Positions 10,497-19,869 of a stretch of 40,000 nt of DNA are shown piece by piece. Each line of letters starts with the position of its first letter. Positions within the stretch are counted from its first letter, which is position 1. Source of the DNA: an uncultured Ignavibacteriales bacterium (GTDB lineage: Bacteria > Bacteroidota > Ignavibacteria > Ignavibacteriales > Ignavibacteriaceae). The DNA lies in contig CAWKCY010000002.1 in the NCBI GenBank assembly GCA_963848195.1, forward strand, positions 58,853 to 98,852, given 5' to 3'. The notes beneath the pieces were generated by a model. That model was not told where the DNA came from and ran no database searches. It saw only the letters and a program-made list of their open reading frames with translations. The position numbers were made by a program, and so were the translations under genes.

Positions 10497-10582
10497 ACAT
10501 AACGAACCGCAATTAAGTTGCAGCCCAGAACAAGAAACTTATTTTTATTACTTCTGCCGAAGAATAAGCAAACCATGCTTAA
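10497..10582 (-). repeat. attC, R'-L' half only (truncated by IS-associated deletion)
   Basis: acATAACgaaccgcaattAAGTTGCAGCCCagaacaagaaac...gcttaacttgattccatttacgg, then the sequence continues as an IS recombinase-gene fragment. Confidence 0.75.
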
Positions 10583-11289
10583 CTTGATTCCATTTACGGA
10601 GAAGATATTCGTCAATATATTTCCTCTTCCGTAAGAATAACAAGAACTACTCACGTGCTGCTATGACTAAGGTTTACAAATTTATGAGACTTACTACTGA
10701 AGAATTTATCAGGCGCTTTCTACAGCATGTCCTCCCTAAAGGATTTGTTAAAGTTAAATACTTCGGGTTGTTCGCCATAAAAAACCGGAATCTTCTTAGC
10801 ATTGTCAGGCAACTATTCGATTCTACTACTATAATTAATACAAAACCTAATGATAAAACCGCTGCAAAAAAAAATCCTTGATAATTTTATGTCCGGTATG
10901 CGGGAATCAAATGAATTTAGTACTTACACTACAGCGTCTTAATTATTACGATAAGTCTCCGCCTTTAAATAAATTTTCCTTTTTTATAAATGATGAACAC
11001 TTAGCTATAAATAAAAATCTTAATAGTTCTCAATAAATTATTTCTAAATATGGAAAATTATCTCAATATAAATGAATTTATAATTACGCTTAAGCTGGTT
11101 ATCGAAAAAAAATCAAATTTCATCCCTTCAATATCCCTCTTTCGGACATATTTTGGTTTATTTCTTCTATATAAAATTTATTGAAATTACAGGTTAGTAG
11201 AGTAAGTCGCTTACGGCTTAGTCCAACACAGGATTATCATATATGGCTATGCCATGCCTCGGCAAGCTTCGGCATGAATCCCTTATAAC
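10583..11289 (+). mobile_element. internal-deletion derivative of the IS91-like element (variant A)
   Basis: 10583-10668 matches the recombinase gene at about 12855-12940. After that come the transposase C-terminus, a roughly 250-bp right end and the terminal hairpin CATGCC-tcggcaagcttc-GGCATG, ending ..cttataac|GTTATAT. Confidence 0.7.
10663..10881 (+). pseudogene. IS91-family transposase C-terminal fragment
   Basis: EEFIRRFLQHVLPKGFVKVKYFGLF aligns with EEFIRRYIQHVLPKGFVKVRYFGLF of the intact copy (24399-25565). Confidence 0.75.
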
Positions 11290-11308
11290 GTTATATGCTT
11301 ACTTAACA

Positions 11309-12397
11309 TTAATAAATTTGATACGTTATTTTATAAAATACAACTTTTGAACCATCATCCGAGAATATTGGCTCAATCCCATTTGATAATAATTTTTTAT
11401 CAGTACCATCACTATTTGATACCCATAATTCGTAATCAAAGAATTCATTAACTGTTTGATTTTCAAATTTATTTTTTTGCTTCATAACTACATAAGCAAG
11501 TTTAGTACCGCCCTTAGAAAAAGAATATTCGAAATCATTTTGCGGTAATTCATCAATATAACTTGCTTGTAAATCTTTTAAATTTATTGAAATTAAATGA
11601 TTTGGATAATCATTTGTTATTGCCGCTACTCTTTCAGAATTACTTGAAATTTTCAAAGGACCAAAATATGATAGATTTCCATACAAAGATATATTACTAG
11701 AATCTTTTATTGAGTATATACATAATGTATCAAGTATTCCCATATTAACATTATTATTTATGAAATATATATTTGAATCAGAGTCATCAAATTTAGGGTA
11801 ATTAAAAAAAGGTGTCCACATATCTTTGCGATCAGGTCTTTTAAGAATCACCTTACTTTGTTTACTTTTTATATCGTAAATGGATATTGTTTGATCACCA
11901 TTCCCTGATTCTGTAGGAGATGTAGTATATACCACTTCTGAACTATCATGTGAAAAAGAAGGATAATTTTCTATTTGGTTTGGTGTGTGAGTAAGATTTG
12001 AAATTTCATAATTTGTAAGATCTATTAAATATAGATCCATATTAACATCAGTTGTAGCACTTACAACAAGATATTTCTTGTTCGGAGATATTTCAGCATG
12101 AATAATACTATAAAAATTCAATTTAACATCCTGAATAATATTCATATTTGATAAATCAATCATCTGAAGTCTATCATTATTCAATGATAAAATCCTCTCA
12201 TCATTCTGAATAATAAATAAATATTTTGAAATATAATTTACTTTTGATTCTTGAAAATATGAACCGTCAATATTGCTAATGCAAAGGCTATAAACAGAAT
12301 TAACAGAGGGGTAACCTTCAACTCCATCTTCTTTTATATAACATGATGAAATCGAACAAATAACTATTATTATTAATAATATTTTGAAATTTTTCAT
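11309..12397 (-). CDS. lipoprotein with TolB/PD40-like beta-propeller repeats (cassette)
   Basis: Lipobox ICSISSC. Repeated motifs of the type ISPNKKYLVV / FSHDSSEVVY / FSKGGTKLAY / FSDDGSKVVF. Confidence 0.6.
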   Translation of the reverse strand: MKNFKILLIIIVICSISSCYIKEDGVEGYPSVNSVYSLCISNIDGSYFQESKVNYISKYLFIIQNDERILSLNNDRLQMIDLSNMNIIQDVKLNFYSIIHAEISPNKKYLVVSATTDVNMDLYLIDLTNYEISNLTHTPNQIENYPSFSHDSSEVVYTTSPTESGNGDQTISIYDIKSKQSKVILKRPDRKDMWTPFFNYPKFDDSDSNIYFINNNVNMGILDTLCIYSIKDSSNISLYGNLSYFGPLKISSNSERVAAITNDYPNHLISINLKDLQASYIDELPQNDFEYSFSKGGTKLAYVVMKQKNKFENQTVNEFFDYELWVSNSDGTDKKLLSNGIEPIFSDDGSKVVFYKITYQIY

Positions 12398-12409
12398 AAT
12401 GGATTTAAG

Positions 12410-12608
12410 TAATTTTTAGCAAGTAGGCGTTGTTGCTAAGCCGCCGCCCAAAACAACAATGCCAAATTTGTTAATTAAATTTTATGTTTAGAAAAACTTT
12501 TAACTATTGAATCAAGTTGAACAAGTTAGCCGAAGCGGAGTACCTTACATTAAAATTTATAAAATGCCGAATGCGTAAGAAGCGGTCGGCTTGAGCAACT
12601 TGTTGAAC
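12410..12608 (-). repeat. attC (non-canonical R' end) of the higBA-like cassette, separated from it by the IS
   Basis: ..cgttgttgCTAAGCCGCCGCCCaaaacaacaatgcc...aaaatgccgaatgcgtaagaaGCGGTCGGCTTgagcaactt GTTGAAC (12602-12608). Confidence 0.7.
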
Positions 12609-14320
12609 TAAGCCGCAAGCGGCGGGGAGGTTTTCGGCATTCTACCTATTTCATTGCATCCCGCTTTTACATAGTATACCCCAACTAAATAATTTTTTCT
12701 ACCATCAATAATTTAGCGAGGTATACTATGAACGAACTAATTCAAAGACTTAACGAAAATATGCAACTTTTCGGTCTTTCTCAACGCACTCCAGAAACTT
12801 ATTCTTACCGTGTAGTAAAATTTATTGAGTATTTTAATAAACCTCTTGATTCCATTTCCGGAGAAGATATTCGCCAATATTTCCTCTTCCTTAAGAATAC
12901 CAAGAACTACTCACGTGCTGCTATGACTATTGCATTATGTGCCATTAAATTCTTTTATGAAAAAACCCTTAATGAAAAGTTCAATGTTTTTAATATCATC
13001 CGTCCCAAACGTATCTTTAAACTACCGGTTGTTCTTAGCAGGGAAGAAGTAAGAAAAATTCTTATGAATATCCGTGTACTCAGGCATCGGGCTTGTTTAA
13101 CTCTCATCTACTCTTGTGGTCTTAGATTAAATGAAGGCGTAGGCCTGAGAGTTAACCAGGTTGACAGTAACAGAATGTTAATTCATGTCCAGAAAGCTAA
13201 AGGTAACCATGACCGGTATGTACCTCTACCTGAAGCAACTCTTAAATTACTCAGACTTCATTATAAAACTCACAGAAACCCTCTGCTTGTTTTCCCCGCC
13301 CCCGGAAGAGGACAGAACAATGAGTCTACTTCTATTAAACCTCTTCCTGACAGCAGTATACTCCCATAGGGATGGCTATGCCAAGACCGTATTTAAGAAA
13401 TCTCTTAAACAGACCGGCATCAACAAGGACGCTTCTGTACATACTCTCAGGCATTCTTACGCTACTCATTTACTTGAAGACGGTACCGATATTAGAATCA
13501 TTCAAGACTTTCTCGGGCATTCCTCTATTAGAACTACTATGATCTATACCCAACTAACACCTTTGATTAAATCTAATACCTATCAAAAGATAAACAGCTT
13601 AATGAACGACCTCTTCTAGCTCTGCTGCTGTGGTTAAGCTATCGGAGATTATTAGGGACTATAGAGATATCTATCTGGCTAAATATTCTAACTCAATGCT
13701 TCTTTCACATAAGAAAGCACTCTTCGATATCTCTTCTTGCCGGACTCCCATTATAGGAGGACAAGTATACAAATGTAATTCTTGCAGCTATTATCATTAC
13801 AGCTTCCATTCTTGCGGCAATAGAAGCTGTAATAATTGTCAGAACAATAATGCCAATGATTGGTTAGCCAAAAACAATAATCTGCTGCTTCCGGTTAGTT
13901 ACTTCATGGTTACCTTTACTTTACCTAAAGAGTTAAAGCGTTTTGCAAGAAGCAATCAAAAACTTTTTTACAATATTCTGGCATAGCCATCCCTTTGGGA
14001 TATTCAACTGCTCGGCAAAAACCATTGACTCCTTCTCATCAAATCCAAAACACATTGGTGCTAAACCCCGGATATCTCGGCGTGCTGCATACCTGGTCTA
14101 GTTCCGAAGGAATGGATTACCAAAAACTATCCTTCCATCCGCATATCCATTATCTAATTACCGGTGGTGGCCTATCGGTTAACAGTCAATGGGTTAGCTC
14201 AAATAATAAATTCTTATTCCCAGTTAAAGCTCTATCCATTGTCTTTAAGGCCAAATTCCGGGATGAATTAAGAAAGTCAATCCACTGTTATTGCCTCGGC
14301 AGGCTTCGGCATGAATCCCT
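12609..14320 (+). mobile_element. decayed IS91-like element (variant A): frameshifted recombinase and truncated transposase
   Basis: Left end TAAGCCGCaaGCGGCgg directly after GTTGAAC. The right terminal hairpin (14293-14316) is fused to the middle of the transposase gene. Confidence 0.75.
12728..13619 (+). pseudogene. tyrosine recombinase, frameshifted (two overlapping ORFs, 12728-13369 and 13185-13619)
   Basis: Both pieces are collinear with the intact 287-aa recombinase (23539-24402). The [15 protein letters not shown] and LGH..TTMIYT motifs lie in the second frame. Confidence 0.8.
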
Positions 14321-14324
14321 TTAG
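13630..14324 (+). pseudogene. IS91-family Y2 transposase, N-terminal half with an internal stop, 3' truncated
   Basis: A Zn-ribbon (CNSCSYYHYSFHSCGNRSCNNCQ) and the HUH region (LHTW...HPHIHYLITGGGL) are split over ORFs 13630-13986 and 13995-14324. Confidence 0.75.
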
Positions 14325-14347
14325 GGCACATGTTTGTGAAAAGTTTA

Positions 14348-14623
14348 TTATCTAATATTTAATTGGAGTTTCTTTCCAATTGCTTCAAGGTAATTTTTTA
14401 ATGTTGATATTCTGATGTCTTCTGAATGGTTTTCAATTCTTGATATTGCTGATTTTTTTGTTTTTAATTTGCGGGCAAGTTCTTCCTGGGTTATTCCAGC
14501 TTCTTCTCTCGCTTTTCTTAAAGCAATACCTATTTTGAAGTTATCGTATCCGGTTTCAAAATCTTTTGCAAACTTTTTACTCTTTAATTTTCTTTTTTCT
14601 ATATATATTTCTAAATCATCCAT
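14348..14623 (-). CDS. XRE-family HTH antitoxin (HigA-like)
   Basis: 91 aa with the [35 protein letters not shown]. Sits downstream of, and overlaps, the toxin gene. Confidence 0.8.
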   Translation of the reverse strand: MDDLEIYIEKRKLKSKKFAKDFETGYDNFKIGIALRKAREEAGITQEELARKLKTKKSAISRIENHSEDIRISTLKNYLEAIGKKLQLNIR

Positions 14624-14969
14624 TTCTTTTACTCCTATTTATATATTCTTTCATCCTTTTTTCCGCAGTCTCAATTTCTTTTTTTGGTGTCTTTTGAGTT
14701 TTCTTATGAAATCCATTTGTTAAAACAATAAAATTATTACCATCAAAAAATCCAAGTATTCTAATAGTATCTCTTCCAACTTGAACTCTTATTTCCCATA
14801 AATCAGTTGAAACCAATTTTTTAAAATATTCTTTTGGAATTAAATCTAAGTCTCTAATTATTCTTAAAACCCAAGCTACTTTCTTAGCTTGCTTATCAGT
14901 TAAACTTTCCAAAAACTCTTCAACTGGAGAATCACCTCTTTCGTTTTTGTAAAATATAACTATTTTCAT
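14616..14969 (-). CDS. RelE/ParE-superfamily toxin (HigB / Gp49-DUF891-like)
   Basis: 117 aa with the toxin-first gene order typical of higBA; [42 protein letters not shown]. Confidence 0.75.
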   Translation of the reverse strand: MKIVIFYKNERGDSPVEEFLESLTDKQAKKVAWVLRIIRDLDLIPKEYFKKLVSTDLWEIRVQVGRDTIRILGFFDGNNFIVLTNGFHKKTQKTPKKEIETAEKRMKEYINRSKRNG

Positions 14970-15041
14970 ATTACAAAGTTAACATATTCGTTAACGTTTG
15001 CAAATATTAACAAATTGAGGATAAGATTATTTGAATACCAT

Positions 15042-15288
15042 TAGTTCTCAAATAATTATTTTCAAGTATGCAAAAACTTCTCAATACTAATGAATTTATA
15101 ATTACGCTTAAGCTGGTTATTGAAAATAAATCAAATATGATCGCTTCTATATCCTTTCTTAGGACATATCCGGGTTTAGTACTTCTATAAACATTTTATT
15201 GAAATTACAGGTAGTAGAGTAAGTCGCTTGCGGCTTAGTCCAACACAGGATTATGCCTCGGCAGGCTTCGGCATGAATCCCTTATAAC
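15042..15288 (+). mobile_element. right-end fragment of IS91-like variant A
   Basis: About 250 bp nearly collinear with 11025-11289, ending ATGCC-tcggcaggcttc-GGCAT gaatcccttataac|GTTATG. Confidence 0.7.
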
Positions 15289-15289
15289 G

Positions 15290-16813
15290 TTATGTTTTTA
15301 CTTTACTTATTTGAGAAACATTTGATAATAAATCTTTAACGATATTGTTTGCTTCAGAAATAATTGCTTCCGGATATTTCATTATCCCTAATAATTTAAT
15401 GGCATTACCAGATGAACAAGGTCCTTCTTTAATTTTATAATTAAAAAAGATTTTACCGTTTTCCACTTGCTCACTAAAATGAAACATCTTAAAATTATGT
15501 TCTAGTAAATCTTGTAATTCAACGTCGTGTGTAGTAACAAATACTTTATTATTTATATCAAGATATTTCAAAACAGCAGTAGAAGAAGCAAGTCTCTCAA
15601 TTTTGTTTGTTCCTCTCAATATTTCATCAACAAGAAACAAAATAATTCTTCTTTCCTTCCGACAATTTTATAAAATTATTTAGCGATTCTATTTCAACAA
15701 AGAAATAACTTTTTCCTTCTTCCAATTCTTCATTTCTACGGATTGATGATTAAACAATAAGTTTTGGAGTGACTATTTCATTAGCTAAACCAAAATACAC
15801 TGACTGTGAAAGAATAATATTTATTCCTACTGTTTTAATAAAAGTTTTTTGCCAGACATATTTGACCCAGTAATCAAAACAGAATCTTTTATATTTTCTA
15901 CAGTATTCGATACAGCATTCTGAACCAAAGGATGATATAAATCCCGGAAATTTATCTCATCACATTAGTAAAGGTCGGGGTTGTATAAAATGGAATTTCT
16001 TCTAAATAAGAAGCGATAGATATCGAAGTATCGAGACTGGCTACATTTTCAAAAACAGAGCGTATATCATCTTGTTTTTTTATCAGAGTATTAACCGAAC
16101 GATAATATGCAATTATATCAAACAATAAAAACATATTTAGGTATTCTATTACAGCAAGTGCAAGTTCATTCAATGATAATTTGTCAATAACAAAAAAACC
16201 TAGTTTCTTTTTAAGTGATTTTAATAAGTACCTTTTTTCTTTTAGGAATTCAACCTCATCGATTACAATATTAGTTTTTATTTTACTTAATGAGATAGCT
16301 GATATTATTAAAGAATTAAGACTGGAAAAGCCGGTAAAATATTCATAAATCTTTTTTGAAAATATTTTATTAAGAATAAGATTGGTTAATAAAATGGCTA
16401 ATGAAACAAAAAGAAATACCATTTATAGAAATAAAAAGAAGAGAAATTATTGAAAGAAGTGAGCATAAATAAAAAAGCGGATAAAACTTTGTATTAGGAA
16501 GATCTTTACTTAAAACTAAATACGATGTAAAGTAAGATTCTGTACCGGATAATCTAAAAAGATTTATCTGAATACTTTCTCTTAATTCTTTATTCTTTTT
16601 AAGGTGGGAAACTAATTTATATCTCTTTTCAAGAATTTTTTCATCGCTTTCATATTTATGTAAAAGATAATATAAATATTGTTGACTAATACCAGATATA
16701 TTTCTATCAATTTTAGCAAAAACTGAATCGATATCTAAATCATTCCAGGTTTTATCATCAACATATTCGTCATCACTTTTCTTTGCCAATAAATTATAAT
16801 ATGAAGAAATCAA
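15290..16813 (-). pseudogene. MutS-domain-V-type ATPase with N-terminal membrane region (MutS-related, non-MMR), decayed
   Basis: Three ORF pieces. The N-terminus has DDKTWNDLDIDSVF plus TM segments. The gap at 15640-15950 encodes ITGSNMSGKKTF (Walker A) in a broken frame. The C-terminus has FLVDEILRGTN...VFVTTHD. Confidence 0.7.
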
Positions 16814-16848
16814 ATCATAATTTCTATGTTTATCTATTTGTTTTCCCC

Positions 16849-16887
16849 ATTATGCCTCGGCAAGCTTCGGCATGAATCCCTTATAAC
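16849..16887 (+). mobile_element. solo terminal hairpin of IS91-like variant A
   Basis: ttATGCC-tcggcaagcttc-GGCATgaatcccttataac, immediately followed by GTTAGGT (16888-16894), the R'' box of the upstream cassette. Confidence 0.6.
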
Positions 16888-17054
16888 GTTAGGTGCATTT
16901 TTATTACACAAAGTAATGATATATTTTTCTATTTGTTAATAGCTATAGTAATGTTAAAAATCCAATTCCAAAATCAATCAAATCATTATTGTCATCATAA
17001 TATCCTTTATAATGATTTGTTTTTAGATATTGAATCTTTAAAACAAGAGCCCAA

Positions 17055-17591
17055 CTAGGATTTTAAAAATATTTTCGTACCGCAAAAAAATGCAGGGAAG
17101 GTTATCTCCGCATATTTCCAACCAGAATCCATTTCAAGAATATTGAAATTAGGCTCATTATTGCTAAGAATATATCTTGTTGCAGACACACCTATCTTTG
17201 TCCCAATAAATAGTAATAGAGTATTGTTAATATGATAGTTGTAGGAGATACCACCAAATATTCCAAGTCGATGATTATATGTTTTATAAATCCACTTAGT
17301 ATATGAATTATTCGGATATGATGTGAATACATTATTTTTAACATAGTCGAATGTATAATTTAAATCCAAAAGAATCTCAATATTTGAGGTCACATAATAT
17401 CCAATTTCAGGTTCAATTTGAAACTGAAGTTCTTTATAAAAACCAGAGTCATCTGGACCAAATGGTGAATTTGTATTTGAATACGAGAATAAAATATTTC
17501 CACCAATTTCAAAAATTGAATATTTATTTTGAGCATGAGTACTAATAAAAGTAATTATAAAAACCAGAACTACTTTATTTATTAATTTCAT
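17055..17591 (-). CDS. small outer-membrane beta-barrel-like protein (cassette)
   Basis: Start moved to MKLINKVVLVFIITFISTHAQ, a signal peptide; the track start at 17612 is GTG inside the attC. Sequence is beta-strand-rich. Confidence 0.6.
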   Translation of the reverse strand: MKLINKVVLVFIITFISTHAQNKYSIFEIGGNILFSYSNTNSPFGPDDSGFYKELQFQIEPEIGYYVTSNIEILLDLNYTFDYVKNNVFTSYPNNSYTKWIYKTYNHRLGIFGGISYNYHINNTLLLFIGTKIGVSATRYILSNNEPNFNILEMDSGWKYAEITFPAFFCGTKIFLKS

Positions 17592-17610
17592 ATTATTATC
17601 CCTTATTTGC

Positions 17611-17931
17611 ACCCTACGGCTTTGCGGCTAAGGCGCAGCCCAGAACAGCAATGCCGCTTTAGTTAAATAAATTTTACAATTAAAAAAATCTTTCATAACT
17701 GAACAACGTTGAACAAGAAACTAAGCACGGAACGACAAACTTAAAAACCTAAAATTGCCGAGAGCGAAATCGCTGTCGTCTTGAATACCCCCAAAAGGCA
17801 ACTTGCCTTTTCTCATTAAAACATTGACATCCAAATATGTATGTTGTCAAACTAAGCAATTTTTAAACTATTCGATTTTAGTCTAAAAATGCACTTTCCA
17901 CAAGGATGTCATTAGCAGCCGCGGGTTAGGC
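17611..17931 (-). repeat. attC carrying a roughly 130-bp internal insertion
   Basis: acCCTACggctttgcggCTAAGGCGCAGCCCagaacagcaatgcc ... gagcgaaatcGCTGTCGTCTTga, then [17776-17908], then attagcagccgcggGTTAGGC (17925-17931). Confidence 0.65.
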
Positions 17932-17944
17932 TACATTTGATATA

Positions 17945-18592
17945 TTAGAAAGCATATCCTACACCAGCTAAAATTTGTACCGTAAAGTATTCTTGATGGT
18001 AATCATCTAAATCCCTTATGCCTTTATCAAACCATATTGAATGAGTATATCTAAATTTTAATTTGGAGGTAAAGAAAAAATAATTTTTGCTTCCAATTAT
18101 TGGAATAGAAAATGCTGCAAACCCATTTACGCCCAAACCGGAAGACGCTAATTTATCATAAAGCACCGTATCTACATTTAATATTCTATTTACAATTATA
18201 AAAGATGGACCAATTCCATAAGAAAGGTAATTATTAATTTTAGCTATATAATCTATATCAAAGTTATGATTAACGAGTTTTATATTTCCCCAATACGGTG
18301 GTGGTGGTGGGTCTGGGCCACCACCGGCTCTTATAAATTCTATAATATTATCTTTGGTGATTTCTTGATAACTATATTCAAACATTAAGTTTAGACCAAA
18401 TAAATTTTCTTTTTGGAAACTTAAATCATACAATAAAAAAGATTGGAATTTTTTATCTCCCATTATTATTGTTGAATTTTCAGAATTACTTAAATAATAA
18501 CCATAACCAACATTTAGACTAATTTTATTTTGTGAGAAGATTATTGAACTACTAAGTAAAAAGATTATTGAGAATAAAAATATTTTTGCCAT
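17945..18592 (-). CDS. outer-membrane beta-barrel-like protein (second gene of a two-gene cassette)
   Basis: Signal peptide ..SSSIIFSQ, C-terminal GVGYAF, and an internal GGGPDPPPPPYWG loop. Confidence 0.6.
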   Translation of the reverse strand: MAKIFLFSIIFLLSSSIIFSQNKISLNVGYGYYLSNSENSTIIMGDKKFQSFLLYDLSFQKENLFGLNLMFEYSYQEITKDNIIEFIRAGGGPDPPPPPYWGNIKLVNHNFDIDYIAKINNYLSYGIGPSFIIVNRILNVDTVLYDKLASSGLGVNGFAAFSIPIIGSKNYFFFTSKLKFRYTHSIWFDKGIRDLDDYHQEYFTVQILAGVGYAF

Positions 18593-18918
18593 TACTTCAC
18601 TAATAACAAGTTTTTTGTGGTTTTTGAATAAAACGCGCTATTTACACCTTTTAATTCAATTGTATAAAAATAGACACCTTCAGAAAAGTTAGAAGCGTCA
18701 AAATTAACTTCATAAGTTCCGGCATTCTGTTCCTTATCAACTGGAGTTAATATTATTGTGTTATAACTATTTTCAATTGTTAATTTTACCATTGATATTT
18801 CTGGTACTGAATACCTTATCCCTATTATCCCTATGGAAGGGTCATCAAGTATAGATGATTTACAACCAAATAATATTATAGCAAATAATAATATTGTTGT
18901 AAAAGAAAATATTTTCAT
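18592..18918 (-). CDS. small lipoprotein with a T9SS-CTD/FlgD-Ig-like beta-sandwich
   Basis: Lipobox LFGC. The C-terminus AGTYEVNFDASNFSEGVYFYTIELKG...KNLLLVK resembles Por_Secre_tail domains. Confidence 0.55.
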   Translation of the reverse strand: MKIFSFTTILLFAIILFGCKSSILDDPSIGIIGIRYSVPEISMVKLTIENSYNTIILTPVDKEQNAGTYEVNFDASNFSEGVYFYTIELKGVNSAFYSKTTKNLLLVK

Positions 18919-18955
18919 TATTCACTCTTTATTGTTTAGAATATTTTACTTTGTA

Positions 18956-19188
18956 GCCTAACGAACCGCAATTAAGTTGCAGCCCATAACAAAAAACTTT
19001 TATTTATTACCTCTGCCAAAGATTTAGCAAACTGTGCTTAATTTTCCATTTACGATAAGCACAGTTTGCAAGACTATTAATTAATTTGACTACGTTGAAC
19101 AAGATACTTTTTGCGGATCATCTACCTTCAAAATCTCTAAAAAGCCGAATGCGCAAAATGCTGTCAACTTAAAATTGCTTTGTTAGGT
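18956..19188 (-). repeat. attC
   Basis: GCCTAACgaaccgcaattAAGTTGCAGCCC ... 13-bp stem GCAAACTGTGCTT/AAGCACAGTTTGC ... aatgcgcaaaatGCTGTCAACTTaaaattgctttGTTAGGT. Confidence 0.9.
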
Positions 19189-19308
19189 GCTATTTTATAA
19201 TTATTTCTTTTATAAATATTGTTTCTATTTTTTTTACTTATACAATAACATGAAACTCGTGTTTCATGATTCATTCAATTATGTATTGCCTTGGTTTTAG
19301 CCTTTAAT

Positions 19309-19826
19309 TTATAATTGAATTTCTAGAATTATGGTAAGCATGGGCCATTGTTTTAACCCCTCCCCAAATTCCAAGTAAAAATTTTCTCTGAATTCAATTT
19401 GGATATGATGAAAAATTCCACCCATACCAACATGTATGTCAAAAGGAAACATGATGGTAGGGGCTATACCTATGCCTCCTTGAAAAAAGATATTGAAATT
19501 ACGAGTTCCCGGAATAAATTTAATTCCAGAAGAAATTTTAGGGACAACAACATGTTCATGATCCCAATTTGTATAATAAAGAAGAAGCTCTAAAGGTATA
19601 TGAACAAGTTTACTTTTATGTAGGTTGATTGAGCCACCGATAACAGGGTAAAAACCATAAAGATCATGTAATTCAGGTTCAAAGAATTGATAACCCAAAA
19701 AAAGGATAATGTTATAATCGTTAGCTTTAATCGAATCAGCTCTCTGATCATCTAAGTTTTGTGATTTTAAAAAACTAAAGGCTTGAAAATTACAAATAAT
19801 GGAAAAAATGATGAATGATATTTCAT
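19309..19826 (-). pseudogene. small beta-barrel-like envelope protein with a frameshift just after the start codon
   Basis: The track ORF extends through the attC. The only ATGs (19826, 19844) are in the +1 frame. One extra A in AAA (19821-19823) would give MKISFIIFSIICNFQAFSFLKSQ.., a signal peptide. Confidence 0.5.
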
Positions 19827-19869
19827 TAAAGGACCCCTTGACATTAAATTTATATAATATTTGTATGGC

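Noticed and set aside
10221-10654. ORFs 10221-10460 (+) and 10457-10654 (-)
   Set aside because: The first is antisense to mazE. The second is a translation of the attC plus an IS fragment.
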